A stretch of 64,000 nucleotides of DNA, from NCBI GenBank assembly GCA_965645245.1, contig OZ287071.1:868001-932000 (forward strand). Reading direction: 5' to 3'. The translations under genes were made by a program, and so were the position numbers. The DNA is from Massalongia carnosa. Lineage: Eukaryota. Below the pieces are notes generated by a model. That model saw only the letters and a program-made list of their open reading frames with translations. It was not told where the DNA came from and ran no database searches. Positions 63,483 to 64,000 of this stretch are shown here, in pieces; within the stretch, counting starts at the first letter, position 1, and each line of letters begins with the position of its first letter.

Positions 63483-64000
63483 TGCTACCTCGTTTCCAGA
63501 CCTGAGCAGGCAGATTTGATACTGCAGACGACGGTGATAACTTACATACCCCAAAAGACGTGACGCGAGTCGCGTTGAAATGGTTAGGTTTAATCACGTG
63601 CATTATCCACTTCTTTATTTTCAAGACGTGCTGATATGCAAGTCTCAGCGTATTTTCAGAAAAACCTCAAGTGTAGTCATTTAATATAATTATAGTTAGA
63701 TTAGCTAAAGTGCAATGAGACAGATACAAATGGCTCCTTAGGCCTAAGGACTTTCATTATCAAAAGACATAGCTGTTCCTTGAACACATTATAGCTTCTA
63801 ATGCAAGGTCAAAACAAAATTGTTGGACTAGCGTAGTTCCTGTTACAACTTAGCCTCGAAGGAGATAATCAAGTAATAAGTTGTCCTCTCATCAATAGTC
63901 CGCCTGGAATAGCTTGTTCACAGACAGGTCTGAAAGATGGAGATGTCTCCGCCTCGTTAATGCGCAAAGTCCCACAGTTTCTCGCTCAAGAAACGGGTTC

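Noticed and set aside
63957..64000. Possible 3' end of a minus-strand CDS (...TRFLSEKLWDFAH*)
   Set aside because: Only 13 codons lie inside the window; cannot be supported.

Overview
Gene-dense segment of a filamentous ascomycete (Pezizomycotina) nuclear genome with short GT-AG introns and CTRAY branch sites. I can support about 24 host protein-coding genes, mostly housekeeping: UBX4/TUG-like, RPL36, a hybrid histidine kinase, acyltransferase-3, a C2-domain protein, MRI1, RPT4, MNS1, an MFS transporter, CDC43, ILM1, MDM20, COX23, a 2OG-Fe(II)-like protein, a PSH1-like RING protein, RRP9, PRE1, SAD1, UTP13, RPL38 and POL31. RPL36 and COX23 are absent from the ORF track and were reconstructed by hand. 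The accessory content is mobile DNA. (i) At 30.1-33.1 kb, a 2.65-kb element with CACTA...TAGTG ends, TTACCCAA subterminal arrays and a previously unannotated 8-9-exon non-transposase gene sits inside a decayed TA-flanked MITE. (ii) An adjacent near-full-length Tad1-like LINE has a 15-bp TSD, and a 587-bp 5'-truncated sister copy has a 13-bp TSD. (iii) A Fot1/pogo-like transposon is inserted at the centre of a palindrome in the RRP9/PRE1 divergent promoter. (iv) A 232-bp MITE with CAC termini (Transib-like reading) lies upstream of RPL38. There is also a perfect 29-bp GC-rich hairpin. The CACTA-ended, gene-carrying element is the best candidate for an undescribed system. All calls are from manual reading; no database searches were run.
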